A stretch of DNA of 64,000 bases from Thermoplasmatota archaeon (GTDB lineage: Archaea > Thermoplasmatota > Poseidoniia > MGIII > CG-Epi1): assembly GCA_036148495.1 (NCBI GenBank), contig JAYYHK010000036.1, forward strand, positions 2,125 through 66,124. The letters are read 5' to 3'. The notes under the pieces are model-generated. The model was not told the DNA's origin. It worked only from the letters and a program-made list of their open reading frames with translations, and made no database searches. The stretch's first letter is position 1. The number at the start of each line of letters is the position of its first letter. Both the position numbers and the translations under genes were made by a program. Shown here in pieces: positions 49,454 to 59,226 of the stretch.

Positions 49454-50395
49454 TTATACAGAATAAGTGTATTGTATTGCGCCAGCTATTCGAGCTCTAA
49501 CATCTGCATTACCAGACAAAGAAATTTCTAAAGTCCAATTCCCACTACTTCCAGCTACAGAACCCATAATGTGTTGATTAGTTCCTGGGCTAAAAGTTTC
49601 GATTAGTACTTCGGCTCCTTCATGATCGCGTAGTATTAGCTCCCCGCTTCCAGAGCTGCCTATGTCAGCCTCTAGATAGTATACAATGTAATTCCAAGGT
49701 CCGTATCTTTCATGACCGCCATTCGCAAATTGAGTATCATAGACTCCAAAGTCAGGTCCGATAAATTCTTCATCGAAAAGGTCTCCTCCTCTGCAGAAGT
49801 ATGAATTTCCAGTGTAGCCGCTGCCATAGTTTCCTAGATTCATAATCAGTACTAATTCACCATTAGAGTTTGTATATTCTAAATTATTAAACCATCGTGC
49901 ATTTTTATCAAAAGTATACGCCATGAATGCTCCAGAGTCAGCGTTGGCATTAATCTCAGCTACAGATTCAGTAATGTCAATTACACTTGCTCTGAATTTT
50001 TCACCATACATACTGAATTCCCAGCTCTTGTCCATTTCTAACGGAAAATTGGCAATGTTTTGCGGGATATTGTTCTCGTAGACAGAAAAATCAGACATTT
50101 GAACACGTCCTAATGCAGGATTATAATTAAGGACAGCATGCCTTTTTGCGTCATCGAGATTTCCAGCTCCTACATAGTAGTCCGAATCATCGTCATCTAC
50201 AGAAACGACCATAGTGGTGGAAAATTGCTTATCATCTACAGTAACTGAGTACTCCCAGAAATCTCCTTTATTCCAGTTCGGAGAGTACAAGTACAAGCCA
50301 TCTTTTTCATCACCAAAGAATCCATTTTCTAAGCAACCGCTGCTCACAGTAGTCATGAAAATAACAATTGTTACTATGAATGAGGTCTGCTTCAT
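49454..50395 (-). CDS. Hypothetical secreted or lipoprotein-like protein
   Basis: Hydrophobic N-terminus ending in an SSGCL lipobox-like motif. PNWNKGDFWEY motif and beta-rich composition. Confidence 0.75.
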   Translation of the reverse strand: MKQTSFIVTIVIFMTTVSSGCLENGFFGDEKDGLYLYSPNWNKGDFWEYSVTVDDKQFSTTMVVSVDDDDSDYYVGAGNLDDAKRHAVLNYNPALGRVQMSDFSVYENNIPQNIANFPLEMDKSWEFSMYGEKFRASVIDITESVAEINANADSGAFMAYTFDKNARWFNNLEYTNSNGELVLIMNLGNYGSGYTGNSYFCRGGDLFDEEFIGPDFGVYDTQFANGGHERYGPWNYIVYYLEADIGSSGSGELILRDHEGAEVLIETFSPGTNQHIMGSVAGSSGNWTLEISLSGNADVRARIAGAIQYTYSV

Positions 50396-50419
50396 ATCCT
50401 ATCACTAAAGTACAGTTAA

Positions 50420-51514
50420 TTATAGTTCACTATATCCTTCTAGTTTGAAATGCTCTCTTGCCTCAGATACAGTGTAGAAAGATCCAGTGATTAATGTTTT
50501 TTCACCAGTTGACGATGAAATAGCATCTTTTACGCTTATAAATTTCCTACATTTCACATTAAGTTGATTACATACTTCGTAAATATAATCGGATGAAGCA
50601 CTTCTTTCACTATTTAGATTACAAGCCGATACAGTGCAATCTGCCGGCAATTTAGCTATAAATGCTTCAATGTCTTTATCAACAAGCATTCCCAAGATTA
50701 CTTCTTTGTAGTTATCATCTATTGATAATATGTGTTCTATAGCTTGTTCGTTATGTGCAGTATCAATTGTAAAATTTAGATGCTTTTCTTGTCTACCTGG
50801 AATGTTCATAATAATTGGTTCAACCGAAAATTCGAGTACGTTAGTACACGCCTTAATCCAATCTGCAATTTTCAGTCCCTTGATAATTTTCTTTGATTCA
50901 GGTATGTACTTGTGATATTTTTCGTCCCACCCAGTTATTACTGTGGCGTTTTTTCTTACAATTTTAGCTTTTGTTGCAGCAATTTTTTCTAAGCTATCAC
51001 CTAAATAATCTACGTGATCTAATCCTAGCGTAGTTAAGATTGCAATCTCCGCATCTGCAACATTTACTGCATCCCACTCGCCTCCTAAACCAATTTCCAT
51101 TATAGCATAATCCACATTTTTACTACTAAAATAAATGTAAGCGAGAGCTGTTAAAGCTTCAAAATAGGTTATTCGAAGACTATTCTGTTCAGACAGCATC
51201 TTTATTTTTAATAAATACGTAGCAAACTCCTTTTTGCTTATTATATTATTACCAATTTTAATTCTTTCCCGTACGCTGTGGATATGTGGGGACGTAAAGC
51301 ATCCTATCTTTCTGTTAGTTTGCATTAAAGTATGATTTAGGTTGAAACAAGTGCTCCCCTTAGCATTTGTTCCACCTACTGCTATAATTCTCAGTTCGTT
51401 TTGCGGATTTCCAGCCAAATTCATAAGCTTCTTTATTCTTTCAAGACCTGGCTTAATTTTGTTCTGGTTTAATTCATTTAGCCAAAGTAGTGTTTTTCCA
51501 TATTCTTTAGACAT
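50420..51514 (-). CDS. folC: Folylpolyglutamate synthase / dihydrofolate synthase family protein
   Basis: IKPGLERI, GGTNAKGST, FTSPHI...RERI, EIGLGGEWDAVN, LDHVDYLG, DTAHN, ITGSFY. Confidence 0.9.
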   Translation of the reverse strand: MSKEYGKTLLWLNELNQNKIKPGLERIKKLMNLAGNPQNELRIIAVGGTNAKGSTCFNLNHTLMQTNRKIGCFTSPHIHSVRERIKIGNNIISKKEFATYLLKIKMLSEQNSLRITYFEALTALAYIYFSSKNVDYAIMEIGLGGEWDAVNVADAEIAILTTLGLDHVDYLGDSLEKIAATKAKIVRKNATVITGWDEKYHKYIPESKKIIKGLKIADWIKACTNVLEFSVEPIIMNIPGRQEKHLNFTIDTAHNEQAIEHILSIDDNYKEVILGMLVDKDIEAFIAKLPADCTVSACNLNSERSASSDYIYEVCNQLNVKCRKFISVKDAISSSTGEKTLITGSFYTVSEAREHFKLEGYSEL

Positions 51515-51519
51515 ACTAA

Positions 51520-51810
51520 TTATTCAATTGATTCCCATTCAACTGTATCTGGAGTAACAATTCCTTGATCGTTTAAGATTCCTCTAAAATTGTCTGGTGA
51601 AACGCCTGCAATCTCAGCACCTTTAGTTAATGTGGCCTTTCCTTTCTTATATATTTCGACTGCAGAAGCGTATCTAAGGTGATTCTTCTTTTCTATCATA
51701 AATCTAAGAGATTCTTTAACAACGTCTGACCTGCTACTGAAATGTCCAGAATCGACGAGCGCTTCTATCTGCATGACAAGTATCGGAGGTAGGGAATAGG
51801 AATTACTCAT
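51520..51810 (-). CDS. Ribbon-helix-helix regulator (ParD/CopG-like) fused to a UPF0175-like domain
   Basis: IEALVDSGHFSSRSDVVKESLR (RHH), then AVEIYKKGKATLTKGAEIAGVS (UPF0175-like HTH). Confidence 0.8.
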   Translation of the reverse strand: MSNSYSLPPILVMQIEALVDSGHFSSRSDVVKESLRFMIEKKNHLRYASAVEIYKKGKATLTKGAEIAGVSPDNFRGILNDQGIVTPDTVEWESIE

Positions 51811-51850
51811 ATAATAACTATTATTAACTATTATTAATAATTATTCACTA
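51811..51850. repeat. Four imperfect 10-bp tandem repeats in the divergent promoter region
   Basis: ataataacta / ttattaacta / ttattaataa / ttattcacta, followed by a TATA-like TTTATAT at 51854-51860. Confidence 0.65.
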
Positions 51851-51890
51851 AGCTTTATATGCTACTTTCTGGTGAAAATATTGATACGTT

Positions 51891-54800
51891 ATGAGCCTTA
51901 ACCTAAAAAATTGGTTTGCTAACACATTAGCGCTCGCGCTAATATGCTTTGGATTTCTCTTAATCACAGGGGTAGCTTCAGCAGATGCTTATGATCATAA
52001 AATGACTGTAAGTCCTAGCTCTCAATCCGGTGATCCAGAAGAACAATTACAATACACTATAACCATAGAAAATACAGGTGACAATGATGACACATATGAT
52101 ATGAGCGTAACTAACTCTACCATTCCTACAGGTTACACGGCATTCATTTTGCCATCTACCTTGTCAGTTGAGGAAGATGAGTCTGGAACTGCTACATTGT
52201 TCATTAAAATAGCCAACAGAACGACAAATACAGCAGAGGGTGGAGATACTGCTCAAATTAGTTTTAAGTCTAAATCTCAGAACAGCGACAGTGGAGGCAA
52301 AACTAAGACACAGACGGCATCCTTGACGGTCAATAATGTATACGGAACAACTTTGACACCAAGCGAAGGTGAAAAAACCGTTGATCCAAATGAAAATGTT
52401 AAGTTCATGGTCAGCGTTAAAAATTCAGGGGGCAATACAGAAGACAGTGTAACAATTTCTTTCACTGCAAATGGTGTAGATTCATGGGATATAACTCCTC
52501 AGCCATCAACATTAACCCTTGACATAAACGAAGTTGGCTTCTTCAATCTTTCAGTAACTCCAGATATCGAAGCTGTAGCTGGTCTGAAAAGTATTTCAAT
52601 TATCTCAACTTCAGAGGATGGTCAAACGGTTTCTTCAACATCTGTAACCGTTAAGGTTAATCAACTTCCTGCGCTTCAAGTAGATAAAGTCGATTCAAGT
52701 TCTAAAGACGTAGAGGCTGGAAAGCGTGTTTATTACTCCTTTGAGGTAACAAACAAGGGAAATGCAGTCGATACCTTCAATTTGGAAGTTGACACTTCAA
52801 GTTTACCAGTTGGTTGGGATGCTTCGCTTGATCAGGACAAGATAAGTAATCTAGGAGTTGACGATAATATCACTCTTACAGATGTACTGGTAGTCAAAGC
52901 CCCTGAGGATGCAGCTGCTGACGTAGAAACGCAAATTATAGTAACTATTTCTTCCGATTACAATGCATCTATCAATTCTACCTACACATCAAGAACAACA
53001 GTTCTTCAAAATTATGAGCCAAAATTAGCAATCCAAGGTGAAGATACCCAATCTGCAAAGCCAGAGGATCAAGTAAACTTTACAATCAAGATTACTAATG
53101 ATGGTAATGGTGAAGATGACATTTCATTATCTTTGATTGGAGGTAATGCAAGCTGGGGTCAGCTTGGAGATTCGGCTTTTACTCTTGCAGCAGGTGCAAA
53201 TGATACTACCACATTAAGAGTAACTCCTCCAAAAGGTACCGAGGCAAAGAATGGATATACCTTAATTGTTAAGGCTACATCCGAAGATGATTCTACAATA
53301 ACCACTAGGAACATATTCATTAATGTTCTTCAAATATATGAAGTTTCAGTTCAGGTTTCCGGTGAAAGCTCAAAGAAGGGAGATCCAGGTGATGAATTAA
53401 TTTTTGAAATGACGGTAAAGAACAAAGGTAATGGAGAAGACACGGTATCTCTGTCTTTAGAAGGAGCAAAAGCTTCTTGGGCATCCATCGTCGACGAAGT
53501 TGAACTGGCAAGTGGAGAAAGTAAAACAGTCAACTTAACTGTAAACATCGATGACGATGCAACAGTAGGAGATAACGATATTATTGTGAACGGTACCTCT
53601 GAAGATAATCCTTCGGCGTATGACACAGGAACAGTAAAAGTTTCAGTTAATAAGCAGTTCAAGGTAGATGTTGTAGTTTCTTCCAAAAGCGGAGATCCTG
53701 GCACTACTGTTGAATACGATGTTAGAATTCAAAATGAAGGCACCGGTAATGATACTTTTACAGTTAATGTAGATGATTATCCAGCAGGCTGGTCAGTAGA
53801 TCCTGTTTCTTTCCAAGTAGAAGATATTCCTGCAGGCGGTGAGAAATTAGTAAAGTTGAATGTCTCAATTCGATCAGGTGAAGATAACAAGGCTTTTACA
53901 ATCAACTTAACAGCTTCATCAGATGAAGCACAGAAAGAAAATCCTCCGAAATATGCTAATAAAACAGTCAGTATTATTACAATTGTAAATCAAGAATATT
54001 GGATTGACTTGTCTGTTGCCGATGCTGACAGAACAGTTGAAGCTACAGTAGGAGTTCCAGTATCTGTAAAGATAGATGTGAGTAACCTAGGGACTGGTGA
54101 CGATATAATTGCTATGACTAATACGCCTCCAGAGGGTTGGACAGGTGTTGACTTCAGCAACCCTTTCGTTAACGTGGCAGAGAATGGTCAAGAGGAAGTA
54201 ACTCTGACGATTACGGTTCCGGAAAGTACTTCGAAAGGAGATTATGAACTAGTTGTTAGAGGAGTTTCAGATTGTGACGGTTGTGAAAATGGTACTAAAT
54301 CAACAGATTCCATTACTTTAACAGTCAAAGTCGATTTAAGCAGGGGTGTTCAAATTAGTACTGATGTTACTGAAATTGAAAAGTTACCTGGTTCCACTGC
54401 ATCTTTCACAATAGACGTCAAAAATACTGGTGATGGATCTGATAATTTAATTGTTTCAATTCTTAATGATGATTTGGGCTGGGCTTCAGCCAACACCACA
54501 TCTCTCACCCTTGACAAAGATCAAACTGGTTCAGTTACTGTAAATGTAACGTTACCAGAGTACAATCTAGATAGCTTATCTAATCAAGAGAGAAATGCAC
54601 TACAAGCCAACAGCTATTCTATAACTGTGAAGGTTAAGTCCGGTGGTGATTTGGAAGTTAGCGATACAGCTTCACTTCAAGTAGATATAGGACAGATTTA
54701 CGGAGCCAGTGTAGAAATTGTAGGGAATTCGGTAATCACTTCCTACCCTTCAACTGAGACTCAAGCATCTGAGAGGACTGAAAAGTTTACGTTCAAGCTT

Positions 54801-57224
54801 ACAAACACGGGTAATGGCCAAGATACAGTAAACGCTGAGACAATTGCTACTACATATCCAGATGATTGGAATGTAGAACTTTTCCAAAATCCATCATGTT
54901 CAAGTTCTTTTTCAGGTTCAATAGGTGCAGGACAATCTAAGTATCTTTACCTGTGTGTAGAACCTGATCAAGATTCAGATATTGGAAATTACAGTGTTCT
55001 TACGGAGTTTTCACCTAATTCAGGAATTGATCCTGCGGTTCAGGTATCAGTAAATCTCGAAGTAGCTTCTCCGCGAAGAGAATTAGATGCTACAGCCATT
55101 GATAGTTCAAAAGAGATATATCCTGAATATGAAGGAAGTACAACTCAAAACAGTGTAAAATTCAAGGTCAAATTGGATAATACAGGTTCGAACGATGATA
55201 TTTTCATTCCAGAAGTTGAATCTACTCTAGAAGACGGCTGGACGGTAACTTTCTTCCAAGACAGTTCGAAAACACAGTCTTGGCCGAACTCTGGTGTTAC
55301 TATTGAAGAAGGAGAACTTGATGATTTATGGGTGTTTGTTTCCGTAAATGATGAAGCTGAAGTGGGTAATGAAACCATCAAAATTTCTGTAAGAAATGAA
55401 GAAGATGACCCTAATGCACGACAAGAGATTGATTTAGTGGTTATTATCCAAAGACCGGAAATAGTTGTTAAGCAGAGCAATATTCGAATCGAAATTGATG
55501 GAGTATTTGGTAATGCTTCAGAGGTTAAAGACGGAGATACTGTAGTTGTTTATGTTGATGTTGAAAACACTGGTACTGCAGATGCAGATGACGTTAACGT
55601 TGAAATTTACTATTATCCGAAAAAAGCACCAACAACTCAGCAGGAAATTGATGAATTGTTGATTGCAGGATTTGAATTTGATGATTCTAAAAATACTTAC
55701 ATTTACCAGTTGTACGGAAGTAATGGTAGATCAACTAACATTAAAGAAGGAAATTCAAAAGAGATTGTTTCAGATGATTGGTTAATTAAGGGCGGCGAAT
55801 GGTATGTGGAAGCCAGGGCTGATTACGATAAAAACAATGATAATGGCGAAATCCTAGAAGAAAATGAGAACAATAACGATGCAAGGTATTCAGAATTGTT
55901 GAGGGTGAAACCAGATTTACAGATCACTGCAATGCGTGTTGATAGTAAATATGCAGGCGATAACTCTGGAACTCCTAATGTGGACGACACTGTAACTTTT
56001 ACAGTTACTGTAACGAATGCTGGAGCAGCAGATGTCGACAACAGTCGTCTGTACATAACCGCTGACAGCAGCACAGACAACGTAGTATTGAGAGATCGTA
56101 CAAACCAGGAATATGTTTTGTTTGATTTAGATGCAGGTGAAACTCAAGAGGTTCGCTTCAGATGGAAGGCTACTCTTGAAGAATGGACTGCTTTTAGTGC
56201 TGAAGTAAACCCAGTTTGTGATGATTTCAATATTCCAGACTTCACTTGCGAATCCGATGGAGATGGCTTTTCTTCAGACACTGGCCGCATGTTCGACGAG
56301 CTCGGTAGATATTCTGATAATGTTTGGCCTAGAACTGGTGTTTTTGAACAAAGTGGTTCTCCAGTTGAATTTTCAGTGTTGCCAGACTTCAAAATTACAG
56401 ATGTAGATATGGATCCAACGAATCCACAAGTAGGCGAAAAAGTTGATATTACTGTAACTGTTAGAAATATCGGCAACGCAGACTGGCAAATATCAACTAA
56501 GCCACTTCAAGTGAAATTTGAAGATGGAGCAGGTACTGAGCTAACTCAACAAATAAGTGAATCAATCGATAAAGATGCCACAACAGAGGTAAGTTTCAGT
56601 TGGACAGTTCCTGACAAAGATAACAAGGATTTCTTGACTTTGAGCTGGACCATTGATGCAGGTACAGGAAGTTTTGAGATTCAACAATGTAATGATTGTG
56701 ACACTACCAATACTGGAGATGGAACAGATAATGACGAATTCATCATGGAAGATTTTGAGCTTCAACTTCAGGCAGTCCTTGGAGAGATTGAATTTATTAA
56801 CACTTTATCTGAAAGAGAATTAGTTAAAGGTGTACCTTTACTATTACCAATTTTATTCTTGGTAGGATTAGTCGCTTTAGCTATTCCAGTTGTTTTACTC
56901 CGCAGAAGGTCCGGAGGCTCAACAGCAGCAGATGATTCAGAAGAATCAAGCGATGAGGAAAGTTCTTCTGAAGAGCCAGTAGCAGCACCTCCATCTAAGA
57001 TTAGTGTGGCAATAGTGTCTACAATAGACGGTAAAACTGCAAATGTTAAAGTTCCTTCGAACATGCCAGTGAATAAACTGTTGCAAAACTGTGTAGGTAA
57101 ATTCCCATTACCTCATGCTAACTTTGCAGTAATGTTGAATGGTGTCGCTGTAGACAATAACTTAACATTAGCAGATGCTGGTTTGACAGATAAGTGTCAA
57201 GTAGATTTAGTACCACTAGAGTAA
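51891..57224 (+). CDS. Giant (1777 aa) cell-surface protein: about 13 NEW3/CARDB Ig-like repeats (COG1470-like), TM anchor and cytoplasmic ubiquitin-like tail
   Basis: Signal peptide ending ASA, 13 recurrences of an N-x-G-[NTD]-x-x-D-like motif about 100 aa or more apart, TM helix followed by RRR, acidic linker, and a 75-aa beta-grasp-like C-terminus. Confidence 0.88.
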   Translation: MSLNLKNWFANTLALALICFGFLLITGVASADAYDHKMTVSPSSQSGDPEEQLQYTITIENTGDNDDTYDMSVTNSTIPTGYTAFILPSTLSVEEDESGTATLFIKIANRTTNTAEGGDTAQISFKSKSQNSDSGGKTKTQTASLTVNNVYGTTLTPSEGEKTVDPNENVKFMVSVKNSGGNTEDSVTISFTANGVDSWDITPQPSTLTLDINEVGFFNLSVTPDIEAVAGLKSISIISTSEDGQTVSSTSVTVKVNQLPALQVDKVDSSSKDVEAGKRVYYSFEVTNKGNAVDTFNLEVDTSSLPVGWDASLDQDKISNLGVDDNITLTDVLVVKAPEDAAADVETQIIVTISSDYNASINSTYTSRTTVLQNYEPKLAIQGEDTQSAKPEDQVNFTIKITNDGNGEDDISLSLIGGNASWGQLGDSAFTLAAGANDTTTLRVTPPKGTEAKNGYTLIVKATSEDDSTITTRNIFINVLQIYEVSVQVSGESSKKGDPGDELIFEMTVKNKGNGEDTVSLSLEGAKASWASIVDEVELASGESKTVNLTVNIDDDATVGDNDIIVNGTSEDNPSAYDTGTVKVSVNKQFKVDVVVSSKSGDPGTTVEYDVRIQNEGTGNDTFTVNVDDYPAGWSVDPVSFQVEDIPAGGEKLVKLNVSIRSGEDNKAFTINLTASSDEAQKENPPKYANKTVSIITIVNQEYWIDLSVADADRTVEATVGVPVSVKIDVSNLGTGDDIIAMTNTPPEGWTGVDFSNPFVNVAENGQEEVTLTITVPESTSKGDYELVVRGVSDCDGCENGTKSTDSITLTVKVDLSRGVQISTDVTEIEKLPGSTASFTIDVKNTGDGSDNLIVSILNDDLGWASANTTSLTLDKDQTGSVTVNVTLPEYNLDSLSNQERNALQANSYSITVKVKSGGDLEVSDTASLQVDIGQIYGASVEIVGNSVITSYPSTETQASERTEKFTFKLTNTGNGQDTVNAETIATTYPDDWNVELFQNPSCSSSFSGSIGAGQSKYLYLCVEPDQDSDIGNYSVLTEFSPNSGIDPAVQVSVNLEVASPRRELDATAIDSSKEIYPEYEGSTTQNSVKFKVKLDNTGSNDDIFIPEVESTLEDGWTVTFFQDSSKTQSWPNSGVTIEEGELDDLWVFVSVNDEAEVGNETIKISVRNEEDDPNARQEIDLVVIIQRPEIVVKQSNIRIEIDGVFGNASEVKDGDTVVVYVDVENTGTADADDVNVEIYYYPKKAPTTQQEIDELLIAGFEFDDSKNTYIYQLYGSNGRSTNIKEGNSKEIVSDDWLIKGGEWYVEARADYDKNNDNGEILEENENNNDARYSELLRVKPDLQITAMRVDSKYAGDNSGTPNVDDTVTFTVTVTNAGAADVDNSRLYITADSSTDNVVLRDRTNQEYVLFDLDAGETQEVRFRWKATLEEWTAFSAEVNPVCDDFNIPDFTCESDGDGFSSDTGRMFDELGRYSDNVWPRTGVFEQSGSPVEFSVLPDFKITDVDMDPTNPQVGEKVDITVTVRNIGNADWQISTKPLQVKFEDGAGTELTQQISESIDKDATTEVSFSWTVPDKDNKDFLTLSWTIDAGTGSFEIQQCNDCDTTNTGDGTDNDEFIMEDFELQLQAVLGEIEFINTLSERELVKGVPLLLPILFLVGLVALAIPVVLLRRRSGGSTAADDSEESSDEESSSEEPVAAPPSKISVAIVSTIDGKTANVKVPSNMPVNKLLQNCVGKFPLPHANFAVMLNGVAVDNNLTLADAGLTDKCQVDLVPLE

Positions 57225-57233
57225 TCACAAGCA

Positions 57234-58412
57234 ATGCTTGATGTTTTAGTCGTTGGTGCTGGGCCGAGCGGTTCTAGAACCGCTTGGAATTTTGCCGAAG
57301 AAGGCTATAAGGTAACTTTGATAGATAGGGCTGAAATTATCGGCGAACCTTGTCAGTGTGCAGGTTTAATTACTCCCAGAACCTTTGAGTATTTAGGATA
57401 CCAGCGACCAATATTGCAAGAGATGGACGGTGCCAGACTATGGGGCCCCAAGGATTCATTTTTAGAATTCCAAGCCTCAGAAACTAAAGCCTTAGTTATA
57501 GACAGACCTGATTTGGATCGCTCCATAGCAGAAAAGGCATCAGAAGCAGGCGCCAATGTTCTTCACGGCCATACATATTTGGGACACGAAAAGATAGAGG
57601 GCGGAATTGAAGCCAGAATAAGAAATAAATCAGAAAAATTTAGTATTCAAACCAGGCTACTCGTTGGCGCAGATGGTCCATTATCCAGAGTAGCTAAAAA
57701 TGCAGGAATTAGTGGTAAAAGGGAGATATTGACTGCATTTGGTGCAGATGTTAAAGGATACAAAGGTAAAGATACTCATGTAGATCTTTTTGTTGGTTCA
57801 GAGCTTGCACCACGTTTTTTTGGTTGGGGAATACCCACAGGACCTAACGAAGGTCGTATAGGTATAGCAACAACTTTACCTCATAAGCCAATGCCTTTCT
57901 TTAGAGATTACTTTTTGAAGGGTGCACCATCCAAATTGCTCGGAGGCGCAAAAATTATCAATTTGATTAGTGGCTTGATTCCTTTTGGAGTTGCCAGTCC
58001 AAGTTACACTGACAATATTATTTTGACAGGCGATGCTGCGGGTATGGCAAAGCCAACATCAGGGGGTGGGATTTATTCAGGTTTAATTTCAGCAGATGCA
58101 GCTTTTGAAGTAGCTTCCAAGGCTTTGAATTCGGGTAATCTGAGTTCAGCCAACCTGAGCGAATATCAAGCACTCATAGTGAATAGAATAGGAGGAGAAT
58201 TAACTAAGGGTAGTTACTTGAGAAAAGCTTTCTTGAGTTTGAACGATAATCAATTGGCTGAAATCATATCAATCTTAGGTGAACCCAAAGTTAAAAAAGC
58301 TATAGAAAAAACGGGAGATTTAGATTATGCTTCTTTAGCTGCTTTTTCTGTACTTAAAACGCAACCAAAATTGATTAAATTTGCCCCTCATCTTTTGAAG
58401 CCATTTATTTAG
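57234..58412 (+). CDS. Geranylgeranyl reductase family FAD-dependent oxidoreductase
   Basis: DVLVVGAGPSG, PCQCAGL, IDRPDLD, VGADG, FFGWGIP, GDAAGMAKPTSGGGI. Confidence 0.9.
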   Translation: MLDVLVVGAGPSGSRTAWNFAEEGYKVTLIDRAEIIGEPCQCAGLITPRTFEYLGYQRPILQEMDGARLWGPKDSFLEFQASETKALVIDRPDLDRSIAEKASEAGANVLHGHTYLGHEKIEGGIEARIRNKSEKFSIQTRLLVGADGPLSRVAKNAGISGKREILTAFGADVKGYKGKDTHVDLFVGSELAPRFFGWGIPTGPNEGRIGIATTLPHKPMPFFRDYFLKGAPSKLLGGAKIINLISGLIPFGVASPSYTDNIILTGDAAGMAKPTSGGGIYSGLISADAAFEVASKALNSGNLSSANLSEYQALIVNRIGGELTKGSYLRKAFLSLNDNQLAEIISILGEPKVKKAIEKTGDLDYASLAAFSVLKTQPKLIKFAPHLLKPFI

Positions 58413-59150
58413 TTCGGGATAGGTTTCTTCCTCTTCCAAATAGAAAACTACAGATAGTCCAGCAAATATAACAGTAAGAGAAATTAGTATGTAAAGAGGC
58501 CATTTTGGTATAGGTTTCTTTACTCCGAAAGAAGAGTCCGGAATTATTCCATCGACTTTTAATGAGTCGAGATTAATGTTTCCAGGGTAATTTTCAGATA
58601 GATTAGTAGTGGCGTTTGTCCATTCCTCCATACTCCAATATCCTCTGGACTGAAGCACTCTTTCCGTCGCATTAAATTGAAAATTCATTGAGAATCTAAC
58701 AAAGTATGTTCCTTCTTTAGTATCCTCATCAGTGTTTATGTCAAATTTAAGTCTCACAGTTTGGTTGACTTCGATATTTTCAATACTGAAGCTTGCACTT
58801 TCTGAATTCGGGCTATCTGAGCACTTTTCTTCCTCGTTCTTATATTTCCAGCAATTCTCAGAGATAGTGGGCCTTTTATCTGAATTAATGCTGCCCAAAC
58901 TCTCAGATTCATCAATATCAGCTCTGTGGTAAATTTCAGCAACAATCTGAACTCCAGTAAGATTTTCAATATACCTATTTTTAATATCAAGAGAAAAAAA
59001 TCCGCTTTCGCCTGGTTCTAACTGAGGTGTTGCGAAGTTGTGAAAATTAGGTATATTGCCAGGATGACTTGTATATTCATCAATTTCAGATTGAACTGCA
59101 GGTAGCATCATAATCATCAAGACAATGCCTAGAGCCTTTCTCATTACCAT
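58335..59150 (-). CDS. Hypothetical secreted Ig-like domain protein with a C-terminal TM anchor
   Basis: Start placed at ATG 59150 (MVMRKALGIVLMIMMLPAVQS signal peptide). LEPGESGFFSLDIKNRY...DTKEGTYFVRF Ig-like domain and TM WPLYILISLTVIFAGLSVVFY. Confidence 0.8.
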   Translation of the reverse strand: MVMRKALGIVLMIMMLPAVQSEIDEYTSHPGNIPNFHNFATPQLEPGESGFFSLDIKNRYIENLTGVQIVAEIYHRADIDESESLGSINSDKRPTISENCWKYKNEEEKCSDSPNSESASFSIENIEVNQTVRLKFDINTDEDTKEGTYFVRFSMNFQFNATERVLQSRGYWSMEEWTNATTNLSENYPGNINLDSLKVDGIIPDSSFGVKKPIPKWPLYILISLTVIFAGLSVVFYLEEEETYPELNKWLQKMRGKFNQFWLRFKYRKSS

Positions 59151-59226
59151 GTCAGATAAGCATCCCTTTAAAACGAGTTTCACACTTCGGCAGATAGAAT
59201 TTATAAGGGATAGTCTTTGAGAAATC

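Noticed and set aside
51891..56800. CRISPR array or DNA tandem repeat in the giant gene
   Set aside because: The repetition is at protein-domain level only. No identical nucleotide repeats with spacers were seen anywhere in the window.
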